Shown in pieces: positions 14,860-29,322 of a stretch of DNA of 64,000 bases (the first letter of the stretch is position 1; every line of letters begins with the position of its first letter). The position numbers and the translations under genes were made by a program. This DNA is from the human T2T-CHM13v2.0 reference genome, Homo sapiens: the NCBI RefSeq assembly GCF_009914755.1, contig NC_060931.1. One strand, written 5' to 3'. The notes under the pieces are model-generated. The model ran no database searches, was not told the DNA's origin, and saw only the letters and a program-made list of their open reading frames with translations.

Positions 14860-14989
14860 AGAAGGTGTCCAGCGTTGGCAGGCAGCTGAGAGAAGTGGGG
14901 GATGGACTTTTTTCTGGAAGTTTATCTGGAGCTAATGGCATGTGGTGACTATGCCAGGGGTGTGTGAGCACTCAATACCTAATAACTGC
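14860..14989 (-). ncRNA. NPSR1-AS1: Candidate terminal exon of NPSR1-AS1/AAA1 (reads AVIRY-stop); 3' end not determined
   Basis: Strong minus-strand acceptor tctatttttccacattctattaatcctcctacag|GCAGTTATTAGGTATTGA, phase 0, matching the core-exon donor. Lower boundary is a placeholder; nearest ATTAAA is at 14682-14687. Confidence 0.55.
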
Positions 14990-15801
14990 CTGTAGGAGGA
15001 TTAATAGAATGTGGAAAAATAGAACAGCAACCTGGCCAGTTATCAAAGCAACCCAAGGGACTGCAAATACCCTCACAGTATATGCTGTGCATGCATATGT
15101 GGACCGTGCACTTCTCAACAGAGGGAAGGAAGGAGGCTTTTTCCTTTTTTCATTTAGACACAAGGATGCCTGGCATAATTTGCTGCAAAGCGTTTTTCTC
15201 TCTCAGGACTTAGGAAAATGGAGTCACAGGTTAGCAAGCTAGATTGGTCAGAGCTTTAGTGAAGGAGCAGGTGACCTAGAAAAGATCTTCCCTAGGAAAA
15301 ATGCAATAACACACAGTCCCTAGAAAATGATGACATGCTGTCTCTATGCACTGCTAAGACATTTCAGAAACATTATGGGAAATAAGAAATGGATTTTTCA
15401 TACAGCTGGCACCTTACTAAATAAATATGTATTTCATACCTGTTTTGTTAATGAGGATTGAAACTGTATTCCCATATTGCTGCCAGAGTATGTCCCTAAA
15501 TCACAGACAGATTGTTTCCATTCTCTTATGCAAAACATCTAGATGGACTTCCAGTTCGAGACTCTGTCTGGCTAACAGCCCTCAGTGCAACCTGTCTCAT
15601 TTTCTCACTTCTAGAAGATGGGAAAAATGAAAACTCATTATTATGGAAAACCACCAGTGACAGACAGTCTAATGTCAGAATCAGAGAGGAACTGACACTA
15701 ATTGTAAGGCAGATGGAGCTGCATTAGGAAACACCAAGCCAAGGAGCCCTCCATGCCCATGCCACACTTAGTTTCAAAAAGAAAAAAAAAAAAGGAGCCA
15801 A

Positions 15802-16179
<378 letters not shown>

Positions 16180-16559
16180 CTACTAGGCTGTGAGGCAAGC
16201 AGAATGTGGACTCTATACCAGTCTCCACTTTCTGGAAGAGAAAACAAGTCCCATGGGGAAATATGGGCAGGATGTAGGGGCAGACATAAGATATGATGCA
16301 ATGTGTAGTTCCCCAAATAAAGCCCTGAATATGTGAGTTGGGAAAAGTTCTCTGAGTAACAGTACCATGTTGAGAGTTGTGTGTGATGTGTGGGGTTTGG
16401 TGTGTGTGATGGGGGATGGGGAGTGAGTGTGCATGTACTTAACTGCAGTATTTAAGAGTCCTGAAGAGTCAGGCAATTGAAGGAGAAGAAGCCTTCCATT
16501 GGCTAGAGACCCCATCAGAAACTTGGAGTTGGCCTGGAGCTTTGACCTGCCTCCAGATG

Positions 16560-18370
16560 CATGTCAGGAAAAAGTCTTATTTGTTCACTGTACAATGAAC
16601 AGAAAGCAGGGGCAAGAGTAATTTATTCACATATCTGCTTCTAATCATCAAGTCGGAAAAGAAATCTGGATACTATTTTTGAGAAAAAAATAGAGAAACC
16701 ATAAATAATTTGGAACTGTATAAGTACACTTTATACCAAGAAAAAGGAACAACATCTGGAAGGCTCAAAAGAAAAGGATATCTCTGAAAAAAAAATTATG
16801 TATATGTAAATACCTTAGTGACTAGAAAAATATATTTCAAGGAAATGTTTTACTGTCATGCAAAGTTGTAGGAAGACATAAATAGGAACAGTGGCATAAG
16901 CAAAAAGGCAGGGAGGGTAAAGGAATAGGATGGTAAGAAAGAACAAGAATGATCAAGGAGCAATGCTTGAGGCAATAATGATCAAAACAGGTGTAATTCA
17001 TGTTGCATAACACCCAATCCATTCCTGGAAAGACAAATTTGAGATGCATTTCCAGAACGTCAAAGGAAAGGATAAGGAAATGAAAACAACAAAATAGGAA
17101 TGGAAGATAGCAACGAGTGTTCCTGGAAGAGAAACCGGAATAAATGGAAAAGAAGCAGAATCAAACCTACAATAGAAGAAACCCTTCCTGAGCTTAATAA
17201 AAGACGGAGGAGGAGTCTTGTGTGAACAAATTCCCAGGGCTCACCATTTTCAAGCACAGTAATTAGAACGAGACCCCACCTCCCTCCCACCTTCAGCATC
17301 ACATCTTGCCAAAGCATTCTTATTCATTCTCTCAACTAACACTTATTTCATTCCAACTGCATGCCAGGCCCTGCAATTAGAAAGGTTAAAGAAAAAGGCC
17401 CCAAAGTTTCAGGTAGCACAAAATTATGTATTTATAATATGCACAGTGACTTTAGATTTCTTTGTAAAAACAAATATATCAAAACATCATGGAAAAACAT
17501 CTACAGTTTTAAGACAATAGTTTGTGACTCAGGAATTTCATATGCCGCCGAATTTATGTATGAAAGCAACAGTTTTTAAAAAGATGACATTAACATTAAA
17601 TGCTTAAAAATAGTTAAAGGTGTTCCAGAACCAATGGAGAGTTGGAACAGAATTAAAGTCCTAAGACTAAAGAAATAATGGTATAGAAATTCTGAAATTA
17701 TTAAAATATAGATAAGCATAATTGGTACAATGTAGCTATAATGAAATGATATTGCAAATATTATACCAGGAAAAGAATATATATAAATGTATAAATCCTT
17801 AACTCAACCATTCCTTTTATTTTATTTTATAGAGAAAAGGAGGGGGAAAAGGAGGGGAAGGAGAAGGAAGAGAAGGAGAAAGAAAAAGATGGAACGGTTT
17901 CATTAGTAAAAAAAAATTCCCAATGAATTATTTAAGGATGGGTATAATAGTTTCTAAATGAGGGTGTAATTTGCAATATTCATTACAAAGTGAAAAATGT
18001 TAAAGTATTTAAGAATAAAACAATGATGGAGTTGCTTATATGGACAAAACATACCTATAATGAAATACAATAGAATAATGTGGATAAAATCCATCCGTAG
18101 GGTAATAAACTGTAATATGTGGTATATGTAAAAAAACCAAGTTATAATCTAATACTTAGTACAATTCTACTTTGGAAAAATATGTCTATATGTGTATAAA
18201 TAGAAAATAAGGTCTAGAAATCTCTGCAGCTAAATGTTAACAGTTGTTATATCTGGAGGAAAAGATTTTGCATGCTTATTATGTTCTGTTTTATATTGAT
18301 TTGTTTGGGGCTCATCTGGACTTTTTAGTTTTTCTGGAAGTTACATGTAAAGGATTTAAACAAGGCTATG
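16560..18370 (+). mobile_element. Highly degenerate L1M fragments
   Basis: A-rich plus strand with L1 ORF1-like and 3'UTR-like motifs (aaatgttaacagttgttatatctgg). Confidence 0.45.
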
Positions 18371-19319
18371 GTATATTTAGATTTGTAAGGGTAGAGACAG
18401 AATTGCAGGGGCCAGTATGAAAGAGAAGGTAATTGAAGCAAACCAAGTGAGAGGTGATGGTGGTCTAAATCCAGACAATGGCAAGAAGATGGACAAAAGT
18501 GGGCAGACTTGAGCTATTCTAAGATGAGGAACTGATGGTGTTGGAGATCCATTAGATATGGGAGTGTGGCTGCAGATAATGACAGTTCCGTATGTCAGCA
18601 TCAACATGGAGGGAAGTGTCTTGAGCCACTAGAAGATCAGTCTGGGAGGAGTTGGCAAGGCCTCTTAGAAGAAATCATGCCTCCTTTGAGCTTTAAAAGA
18701 TAATGAAGAGTCAGCCAGCTGGAGAGGTGAGGAAGGCCATTTTAGCCTGAAGTGAGTGTCCCATTATTTGACCTGTGTCACAGTGGCCTTTCCCAGCCAA
18801 ATTGCAAACAGAGTCACCAAATTCGAATAAACATTTTTAAAGGGAGAAGAAAGCACTGCTCCCTCTGGAAACTGTGAACAAATTAAGCCAGAGCAAATCC
18901 GTCCATCCTGGCTGCAGCAATCCCAAGATAATGCTGCTCAGTTCTAGGCTGCTTGGCAGAAAGGGGTTATTCTCTGTTATGTGCCTCATTTACTCATGAA
19001 TGGAGAACTTCTGGGAATCCAGGATCAGCCAGGCACAGCACAGTTACTATTTCTGGGAAGATTTCATTTGACCCCAATTACTTACAATAGCAGAGTGATG
19101 TCCCATTGTCCAATAATAATCACCATGACCTTCACTGGGTCTAGGTGTCCTTTACCCAAAGACCTGCTTCAAAATACCATCTAACAGATTGGAGCTCCTG
19201 TCAAAACAAGAAGAGTCATCACACTGACAGGATCTCCCTGAGGACACCAAGTGCCTAAGAATTTGAACAAAGCATCCTTTCTGTGCAGGAGGAAGGGGGC
19301 ACAAGATTTCTAAATAGCA

Positions 19320-19362
<43 letters not shown>

Positions 19363-19363
19363 A
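19320..19363. repeat. (TAAA)11 microsatellite
   Basis: Uninterrupted tetranucleotide array. Confidence 0.95.
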
Positions 19364-19487
19364 GATGAATTGTAATTATCTATGTTTAGCAGACATTTGA
19401 AGTAGAAATAGGTCACTGGGATTTCCATTTCAAATCTCTATTGAAATTCTTTACCAAAAGAATTCTTTTGCACTTGATCTATCCAGC

Positions 19488-19610
19488 CTTTTTTTGAGAG
19501 GGGGATCTCACTATGTTTCCAAGGCTAGACTTGAACTCCTGTGCTCAAGCAATCCCTTCATCTCAGCCTCCGGAGCAGGGCTTTGGGTGTGCACCCCCAC
19601 TGCACCCCGC
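19488..19610 (-). mobile_element. FLAM (Alu monomer)
   Basis: tctcactatgtttccaaggctagacttgaactcctgtgctcaagcaatcc; single monomer. Confidence 0.8.
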
Positions 19611-20439
19611 TCAGCACTTTTTATCAGCTATAATTTATAACAATAATAGTGATAATAATTATAATAAAATAATATGAATGTTTGTTACCATCTGTCAGGC
19701 TCTGTTATGAATATATCACTGTCTTTATAACAATCACATGAAGAAGCTAACTCAATTTCTACAGAGGTCAGAGAGAAAAATTATCCATTTGGTTGAACCG
19801 AAACCCATCTATCTTCCACACTGAGTTAGTCTTTTATTTTAAATAAATATGTTGTTATCAAGAAAGGAAATCATCCATTATACTTTCACTTTCACCTTTG
19901 CTTTCAAAATCACCCAAACCTGAATTACTAGCTCATTTCTCCAAAAGCATAATTAATATTGACTTTCTTTTTATTATCTCCTATAACTAGATATTGAAAA
20001 ACACTATAGCTAGCATAAAGGAAAACTTCTGAACAGTGTAGCCATATTGCCACAGAAACAGATTCAGAAAAATAAACCTAAGAACTCTGGAGAAAGAATG
20101 CATGTTATATAAGTTTCTCCCTAGAGTTTGGCAGCCTTTGTTCATAGTTGGATGTAAACTTATTCATTTCTACCCATAAGCCCACATAGCTTTACTTCCT
20201 GACATCTGTTCTCTCCTCCCAGGATCGGAAAGGTTTCTTCCTTCTGATAAAGTGTGAAACATTTGTGAGGAAAAGGTGGGTTCAGAGAGGGAGAGAAAGA
20301 CGACAGCCTGATTCCTAGATCTGAGGTGGGACGCAGGAAGATGGATTTCTTTTAATTCCCCCTTCAAAGTTATTCCTCCTCATGTGCTTTTGGGACTATG
20401 CTTTGAGAATCTCTGGAGTGGAGTATCTGGTGGTCTGCA

Positions 20440-20650
20440 CATAGTGGTGAAGAGCGTGGAGTCACAGAATTTGGGGTAAAATCCCAGCTCTATGTCTAAT
20501 GAGCTGGGTGAACTTGACAGGTCAATTCACTGGCTAAGCCTCACCTTACCTGTTTTTAAAATGGAGAGTGGTGATATAAGAAAAGTGCTTAGCATAGTAT
20601 CTAGGTTACAGTAGGTGACCAATAAATGGGAGTGATAACTACCATCATTA
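20440..20650 (+). mobile_element. MIR SINE
   Basis: atcccagctct...aagcctca...taaaatgg...aaagtgcttagcatagt...aataaatg. Confidence 0.7.
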
Positions 20651-20889
20651 TATTACATGGAAAGTACAAAACAAATAGTATCATAGTATGTAGCAAAGTC
20701 CTCATTTTGTTGGAAAAGAGTGATTAAATAAAACCGCAAATGTCTGTGCCTGTGGGGTGAGATGAGGGAGATGTTCAACGGTAATAGACAGCAAAGTGTT
20801 ACCAAGCTACCCAAATGGATGATCCATTTAATTTCTACATGGAAAAGGAGCAAAAAAGGAAAGGGACCTCTGAAACCCTTCTAAGTACC

Positions 20890-20905
20890 CACACACACAC
20901 AGACT

Positions 20906-20936
<31 letters not shown>

Positions 20937-20959
20937 ACACACACACTCACACACACACA
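20890..20959. repeat. Interrupted (CA)n microsatellite
   Basis: Direct reading. Confidence 0.95.
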
Positions 20960-21479
20960 GAGCTCTCAGAACACTGCTGCCAGAGGGTGAATGCAGATAC
21001 AACTTTCATAACCATTGCTGAAATCACATATATTCCAAGAAGGGAAAATACTTGTAAAACTGAAACTTATTAATTAAGATACTATAGCCAAAATGGATGT
21101 CACAATGCTTGTCTGAATACCCATAATAACATTTATGTAAAATTTACTATGTCCCATCAACTGTCCCAAATCCTCTACCGGGATAAGATCACGCTATCTT
21201 GACAGCCACTCTAGTTGGTAAGTGTTGGTTTTGAGACATCTACAATTGAGGATACTGAAGGACAGAGACACTAGGTAATCTACCCAGGCTGCACACCTCA
21301 TAGACAGTTGAGGCAAGACTCATATATAAGTTAACGCATCCCAGAGCCTGTGCTCCCAAACACAGCCCTCATACAGAACTGCTCCTGTAGTTAAGAACAT
21401 AGTGAGGTCCCCAGAATGTGGGCAAAATCTAGTGGAGAGACTCTTTTCCGCCCCATACCAGCTGTTTTCACCAGATTGT

Positions 21480-23000
21480 TAGTAAAAAGAAAGTGGATCA
21501 AGAGAATGAGAAGACAAGCCACAGGCTGGGAGAAAATATTGGCAAAAGACAGACATCGGATAAAGGACTATTGATATGGTTTGGCTGTGTCCCCACCAAA
21601 ATCTCACCTTGAACTGTAATAATCTCCACGTGTCAAGGGTGGTGCCGGGTGGAGATAATTAAATCATGGGGGCAGTTTCCCCCATACTGTTTCTGTGGTA
21701 GTGAATAGGTCTCACGAGATCTGATGGTTTTATAAATGGGAGTTCCCCTGCACAAGCTCTCTTGCCTGCCGCCATGTAAGATATGACTTTGCTCCTCCTT
21801 CACCTTCCACTATGATTGAGAGACCTCTAAATCATATGTGGAGCTGTGAGTCAGTTAAACCTCTTTCCTTTATAAATTACCCAGGCTCAGGTACGTCTTT
21901 ATTAGCAGCATGAGAACAGACTAATACAACTATGGTACAAAATATAACAGAATTCCTAAGACTCAACAATAAGATAACAAATAGCCCAATTAAAAATGGG
22001 TAAAAGACTTGAACAGACACCTCACCAATAAAGATACACAGATGGCAAATGAACATATGAAAAGATGCTCCACATCATATGTCATCAGGGAATGCAAATT
22101 AAAGCAACAATGACATAGCACTACACATCTTTTAGAATGGCCACCATCCAGAACACTGACAACACCAAATGCTGGTGGGGCTGTGGAATAACAGGATTTC
22201 TCATTCACTGCTGGTGGGAATGCGAAATAGGACTGTCACTTTGGAAGACAGTTTGACAGTTTCTCACAAAATTAAATATACTCTTACCATATAATTCATC
22301 AATCACACTTCTTGGTATTTATCCAAATGAATTGGCAACTCATGCCCACACAAGAATCTGCACATGAATGTTTATAGTAGTTATATTCATAACAGCCAAA
22401 ACTTGGAAGCAACCAAAATGTCCTCAGTAGATGAATGGAAAAACAAACTATAGTACATCCAGACAATGGAATATTATTCAGCACTAAAATGAGCTATCAA
22501 ACCATGAAGATATGAAAGAAAATTACATGCATATTACTGATTGAAAGAAGTCAATCTGCAAAGACTACATATTATGATTCCCAAGTATATGACATTCTGG
22601 AAAAAAACAAAACTATGAAGACAGTAAAAAAAAAAAAAAAAATCAGCAGCTTTCAGGGATTAGGGAGGGGGAGGGATTAATCAGCAGAGCATGGAGGATT
22701 TTTAGGGCAGTGAAACTATTTCATATGTTATTATAAGGGTGTATATGTGTCATTGTACATTTGTCTAAACCCATAGGATGTACAACACCAAGAGTGAACC
22801 CTAATGTAGACAATGGACTTTGGGTGATGATGATGTGTCAATACAGGTTCATCAATAGTAAGAAATGTACCATTCTGGTATGGGATATTGAGAGCAGGGA
22901 GTGGGGGTTGTGCATGTGTGGGAGCAGAGAGTATATAGAAACTCTGCACTTACTCGATTTTGCCATGAACTTAAAACTGCTCTGAAAAATAAGGTGTTTT
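21480..23000 (+). mobile_element. L1MC1-like 3' fragment (ORF2 end + 3'UTR), interrupted by THE1
   Basis: ORF2-end motifs (aaagacttgaacagacacctcacc, tgctggtgggaatgc) and L1MC-type 3'UTR (gtacaacaccaagagtgaaccctaatgta). Confidence 0.85.
21572..21928 (+). mobile_element. THE1C-like MaLR solo LTR
   Basis: tgatatggtttggctgtgtcccca...agactaataca, 357 bp, perfect 5-bp TSD actat. Confidence 0.93.
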
Positions 23001-23856
23001 TTTTAATGATGCATATTTGCCAATTATATTTTAATAAAGCTGGGAGATCAAAAGGAGTGGAGGCTATCTTCAAACACATGTGCAGCCTTTTAAAATTCAT
23101 TTATAAACAGGATCTCCAGGAGGGTGATCATGTTTATCTTGTTCACTTTTTAAAAAGTCATTTTGAAAAAGCAATAAATTCAAAGGAAATTGCAAAAATA
23201 AAGAGGCCTGATGTATTATTGACCAAGTTTCCCTCAATGGTTTTTGCATAACATTTAACGTAACTCTAGTTTGATATCAAAATCAGGACAATGATGTATG
23301 TACAATGTGTGTATAGCTGGACACCACTTTGCTACCTGGATAAGTTCATGTAGCAACCACCACAATATCTTGTTCACTTTTGTCATCCGGTGCTGATCAT
23401 GATTCTCAACAATACTCTTAAGTGACTCAGTCAACAAACAAATAAGCAAGTGAATGAACAGATGACTGAATCCATGACATCAGTAAAGAGCATGTGGTTC
23501 TTCTGATTTGCATATGCACTCAGTCAATCTCACAGATCATTTTTATTTGTATAAAGCCTTGAGCTGAGAGCAGTCTATTAAATACAAGGATTGGGAGCAC
23601 CTCACCACACATTAAAGTGCCCTTTCTTCCACTTCAACTTGACTAATTGAGCCTATGTGAGTGTAACTGCCATTCTCCCAAAGATCGTTATTGAAATAAT
23701 ATAACATAAAAGTGGAGGAAATGATTTTTTAAAAATCCCTGATGATAGGAAAGAGTGCTATCCATATGGTTAAAAAAAAAACCTGAGGCTTTCTTGCCAG
23801 ATTCAGAACAGGTGAGATGGAAAACCACCATCTGGGAAGAAAAACAAAAAACTGCC

Positions 23857-23998
23857 TTTATTTTTTTTTTTGAGGTGTAAGTTTTTTTTATTATTATTAT
23901 ACTTTAAGTTTTAGGGTACATGTGCACAATGTGCAGTTTAGTTACATATGTATACATGTGACATGCTGGTGTGCTGCACCCATTAACTCGTCATTTAG
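23857..23998 (-). mobile_element. Young L1PA2/3 3'-terminal stub (~115 bp) with a double A-tail
   Basis: Minus strand ctaaatgacgagttaatgggtgcagcacaccagcatg...ccctaaaacttaaagtataat; has GAG, not the L1HS-Ta ACA. Confidence 0.9.
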
Positions 23999-24542
23999 AG
24001 ATGGGAAGAGATACCCATCAAAACTTCATTCTCAACCCCCAAACCAAGAGCTGGAAATAAAAGGTGTACAAGGTGCCAGTTACAGAGGAAATGCACCAGA
24101 CCCTGTCGCTGGAACAGGGTATCAGAACATCCTCCCAATCTATTCTGGGCCAAGGAGGCATGCTGGAGGCGGGCTGGGCTGAGCTGGGTACATGATGTGG
24201 GGTGCACGCTGGCAGAGCCAGTTCCCACCTGAGCCAGTGATGCTAACTAGAGAGGCGTGCAGTGCCTCATCCCCCGACAAAGCTCAGAAGCTCCAGGTAG
24301 AGCAGACGCTCTTGCCTTAATCTTTAAAAATAACTGGACTTTGATCTGGCCAAATGGAACTGGAGAAAATTCTCCCCCTCCTTTTGTCTGTTCACCTGAG
24401 GTTTTTCAGGAACCATCCAAGCAATTAAACAGGAGTGACATTATCTCTGAAGAAAATAATTTCAGTTACCAGTTTGGTATTATGAAAGACCCTTGGGAAT
24501 AACCCCTCTGATGGGCTTCAGACCCATGATAGCTATACGTAC

Positions 24543-24622
24543 TTGTTTTCTTCTCACAAGAAACTGATGGGCATGAAGATTGCAGTGACTGAACTGTCTC
24601 CCTGCGTTTCTTCTCACATAAG
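24543..24622 (-). ncRNA. NPSR1-AS1: Core 80-nt exon of NPSR1-AS1/AAA1 (reads YVRRNAGRQFSHCNLHAHQFLVRRKQ)
   Basis: Acceptor tcttctctctttgttcccatttacag|CT; donor CAA|gtacgt. Peptide recognised from memory as the shared AAA1 sequence. Confidence 0.85.
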
Positions 24623-25574
24623 CTGTAAATGGGAACAAAGAGAGAAGATTAAATGTCTGTAAATTTTCATTGCAGCCCCTTTTTGTTTAGAAAGCATTTC
24701 TGCTTACCTTTTATATTTCTATTAAATAATAGAGAGAAATTTACTCCTCCAGCTCCCAAGAGAAGAATGAAAGTTAAATTAGAATTTATAGTGGACCCAC
24801 AATTTCTGACCTAAGAACATTAATACAGGAATCCAAACCCCTCCCAGCTCTTCTTTGCTATAGTCATCACCCACTCAGAGGTTCAGCTCTGAACAAACCC
24901 CTTCTGAGCCTCTCCCAGGAAGCCTTATCAACCCACAGTCCAGAACCACCTTCACCGTTTGAGAACCTCACAAAGGGTACTTGCAGTGCTAGTGATGCCT
25001 ACAGACTGCTTGGCCTTGTACTTGAGATGGAGTGAAGACGAGGGAAACCCCTTGATTGTTCTCAGTTTTCCCCTTTGTGCCTTGAAATTTCCATCTCATT
25101 GTGAATAAAAAAGTCAAAGCATATTCAATCCCAGAGAGGGGTTGAATCCCTGAATTTCACAAGATTGAAAGATCATGAAAAAATTGACCCCCTCTGGAAA
25201 GATGAGAAAAATCAAAAAGATCAATGAACACATACAAAGAGTCTGTATCTATGGCTCTTATTAACAGTGACTAAAGAATTTATCTGAGTAATTTAGCTAA
25301 TTCAACTCAATAAGGAAACAACATAATAAAAGATATAACTGAAAAAATGAAATTATCAATTTGGAAATGATATGATTAAGAATAAAAAACAAGATTGTTT
25401 TTGAAAAATCATTGGGCCTAATAAGACATGTAATTAAAGAAGATGATTATAAAACCAACAAATATAAAAAGCAACTAGCTTCTCTGTACACTATCAATAA
25501 CCAATTAGAAAATACAATCTTAAAAAACAAAAGATTAAATATTCAAGAACAATCAAAATACAAAATGCATATGA

Positions 25575-25879
<305 letters not shown>

Positions 25880-27704
25880 ATGAATAAATTTTAAAAGAAT
25901 TGTGATGACTTACATGAAGAAAATCGCACAAGTTTACTGAGTGACATTTTAAAACTTTAATAATTGAAAATCCATTCAATGTTCCTGGTAAGGGAACAGA
26001 ATTAATGGTCAGAAACAAATCAAATATATATAAGAACCTAGGATTTTTTTAAGTGCATTTGAAATGAATAGAGAAAAAAGGGATCATGTCTCCAGCACAT
26101 TGATGTTCCTGCTTTTCTGAACACACTTAACTCTGTGTTGCCTGAAGACCTCTGTACTTGCTGTTCCCTCTGGCCTGAACAGTCTTCCCTCAGAGCCTGT
26201 TTCTGATCTCTGCTCAATGTTCTTTTAAAGGATAGCAGTGTCTTGGGGTCTTTATAACTTTGGGGCTTATCTATGGCTAGCAAATGTAGGACATAGGTGT
26301 GTAGAGTATGCAAAGCAGGAAGGCTCTCAATGGTTAAATATCTGTTTATCTGGTTATGTTTAAAACAATTGGATGTGTAAAAATTTGAGCGTGGTGCTAG
26401 TGGGCATTTAAGCTAACAGATCTCAGCCTACTATGAAGAAGTCATAAACCCAGGAGTAATATACAGAAGCCTTCTGGCTCATGTGCATGACACACCCCAC
26501 CTAATTCTCAAGCTCCTCCCTCTTCATTTTTTATTATAGCAACTATCACTCTGTGACATTATAATCTATATCTATTTGGTTGTGTGTCTGTTATCTGTTT
26601 TTCTCATTAGAATGTTAACTCCATGGAGGCAGGAACCATGTCATCCTTGTTGACTGCATTTTCAGTACCAAAAAAAAGTGAGTGCCTGGACAGAATGGAA
26701 ACCTAATAAACATTCACCAAAGGAAGTAGGAGAGGAGAGGGGCAGGAGAGAATATAGTAAAATAGGTTAAAGTTTCCAATATAGCCATGAAATTATTTTT
26801 AGGAAAAGAATTTCAATAACTCGCATAGAAAAAGATTTTTTAAGCATGATACCAAGGCAGAAATCCTTACAAAAGACTAACAGATTTTACTGCAAAATAT
26901 AAAATTTACAAAATTTAAATTGTAAAGATTTTTTTAATACAAATAGAATTATAAACGGATTTAAATGTTTAGAATATAAATAATATTTACATAGCTGATC
27001 AAGAGTTAATATACTCACTAAAAAAGGACTTTCTACAAATCAATAAGTAGAAGATAAATACTTAATACAAGAATAAATACAAATATAGGAACAAGTAAGA
27101 TACACACAAAATGCAATTCACCAGTAAACCTGTTTTAAATGTTTAATTTTGCCAAAAACTAAATAAATGAAAATAAAAATAACAATGAGTTACCAAATTT
27201 TCCAATAAGAAAAGAAAGTAGGTTTTAAGAAATTGGTAGTGCATTAGGCCATTTTTATTAAATAAACCTAAAATGGTATCAATGAAATATTTAAAAGTAC
27301 CCCTGGGTTACATTTTGCTTTTTGGTACTTTCTAATTATTCCACCAATATGTATTACTTATGTAATTCAAAGAAGTGATTTTACAAGAAAAAATAAATAG
27401 TATGGTAAATCGCTGGCTCCTAGAGAGTGGGCCAATCTTGGAAAACAATGCCCCAGTGCTGAGAACTGTGTAGGTAAGTTGCATCTTTCAGTAGCACAAA
27501 GGAGAGATTGGTTTTTCACTACTTTAGATGAGGGCCAGGAGCTGAGGGGTTAATAGTGCACAGATAAATCTTGAAGGACAAATGAAGTTTTCCACATGGC
27601 CAAAGGAAGGAGAAATTATAGGCAGATGAATAGAACGTGTGAAAAGAGAGGAACACAAGACAGCATGGGCCAATGTAGCATCATAATAAAAATAAGCAAC
27701 ACAA

Positions 27705-27909
27705 GGCCAGGTGCAGCGGCTCATGCCTGTAATCCCAGCACCTTGGGAGGCCAAGGCGGGCAGATCACCTAAGGTCAGGAGTTCAAGACCAGCCTGGCCA
27801 ACATGGCGAAACTCTATCTCTACCAAAAAAAATTAGCCAGGCTCCACGGCATTCCAGCCTGGGTGACAGAGTGAGACTTCATCTCAAAAAAAAAAAAAAA
27901 AAAAAAAAA
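27705..27909 (+). mobile_element. AluS with ~100-bp internal deletion of the right monomer
   Basis: ttagccaggc is joined directly to tccacggcattccagcctgg; A-tail and TSD aaaata(a)gcaacac present. Confidence 0.9.
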
Positions 27910-28945
27910 TAGCAACACTTGGAATTCTCAGTTTGTAGAATTCACAACTGATACTAAAAGTCTATCATGTAACAGGGCTCCGGTTGAAGTTCACCTCACT
28001 GGTTATGAGTTAAAGACAGGGTTTTTGATGAGACTGACACAGAAAATGTCAGCAAGAAAAGAAAGGACACATTTCTCTGATCTCGCACTCTGGGGAATGC
28101 TGGAACAGGTCATGAGTGTACCTTCTGCAAGAGGGGCCCAGCTCCCTTTCTCACTCATCAAGAAGTTGCTCAACTTTCTAATATATCAGTAGATAAAGCA
28201 AGTTTACCAGTGAGGGGAAGCTAGTGGTGGGGGCAGGAACTGGACCACTTGGGCACCAGAGGGTATGATTTTGATGTCATTTGTTTAGCTGCTTAGGAAA
28301 GCCACCCACTGCCAGCTTAAGATTCAGGGGAAGTTGAGATCAGGTGCAGCCCCACCTCCTGACATGGGGAAAACTCATTGTCCTCACTCATTCATCATGC
28401 AGGCAACCTGGGGAGAATTTCCACGGTTGCTTTTGGACTGCCCTATTTGTGATACCAGAGCTCTATGACATTTCATTAATTTTAATTTTACTGAGGCTGA
28501 ATTTGACTCACTCATGCTTGAAAGGTAGGGTGTATAACACATCACTAAACAAGCAAATGAGGCTGTGGACCACCAGCAGTCACATCTCAACTAGACTTCT
28601 GTTCAGGTATTTATCAGCACATATGCATGCTCACTCACAAAATGAGTAGCCACAAAGGGGTGCTAATTCCTAATGATGGTGGTGGCCGTTAAGAGTGAAA
28701 TTGGTAGTTCTTGGACAGAAAAGAGAGTTCTGGATAAATGACAAAGAAGAAAAATATTAACACATCTAAAAGTTTGCATGTGAATACAGCACTTGGTAAA
28801 AGTAAAGGTGATTTGTGAAGCTGTTTTAATAATTTCTTGAACCAATTCAAAAATTGCTCATCAACTTAAAAATTAGACAAATGAATGATGAAACGGTGGT
28901 TAACAGAGTGTTAACAGGTCACTGACTCATTTAAGAATCCATGCA

Positions 28946-29322
<377 letters not shown>

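Noticed and set aside
15079-15242. Possible plus-strand alternative terminal exon (cctcacag|TATATGCTG...)
   Set aside because: Weak polypyrimidine tract and no independent support.
22656-22675. G-quadruplex motif
   Set aside because: Falls in the ordinary G-rich tract of an L1 3'UTR.
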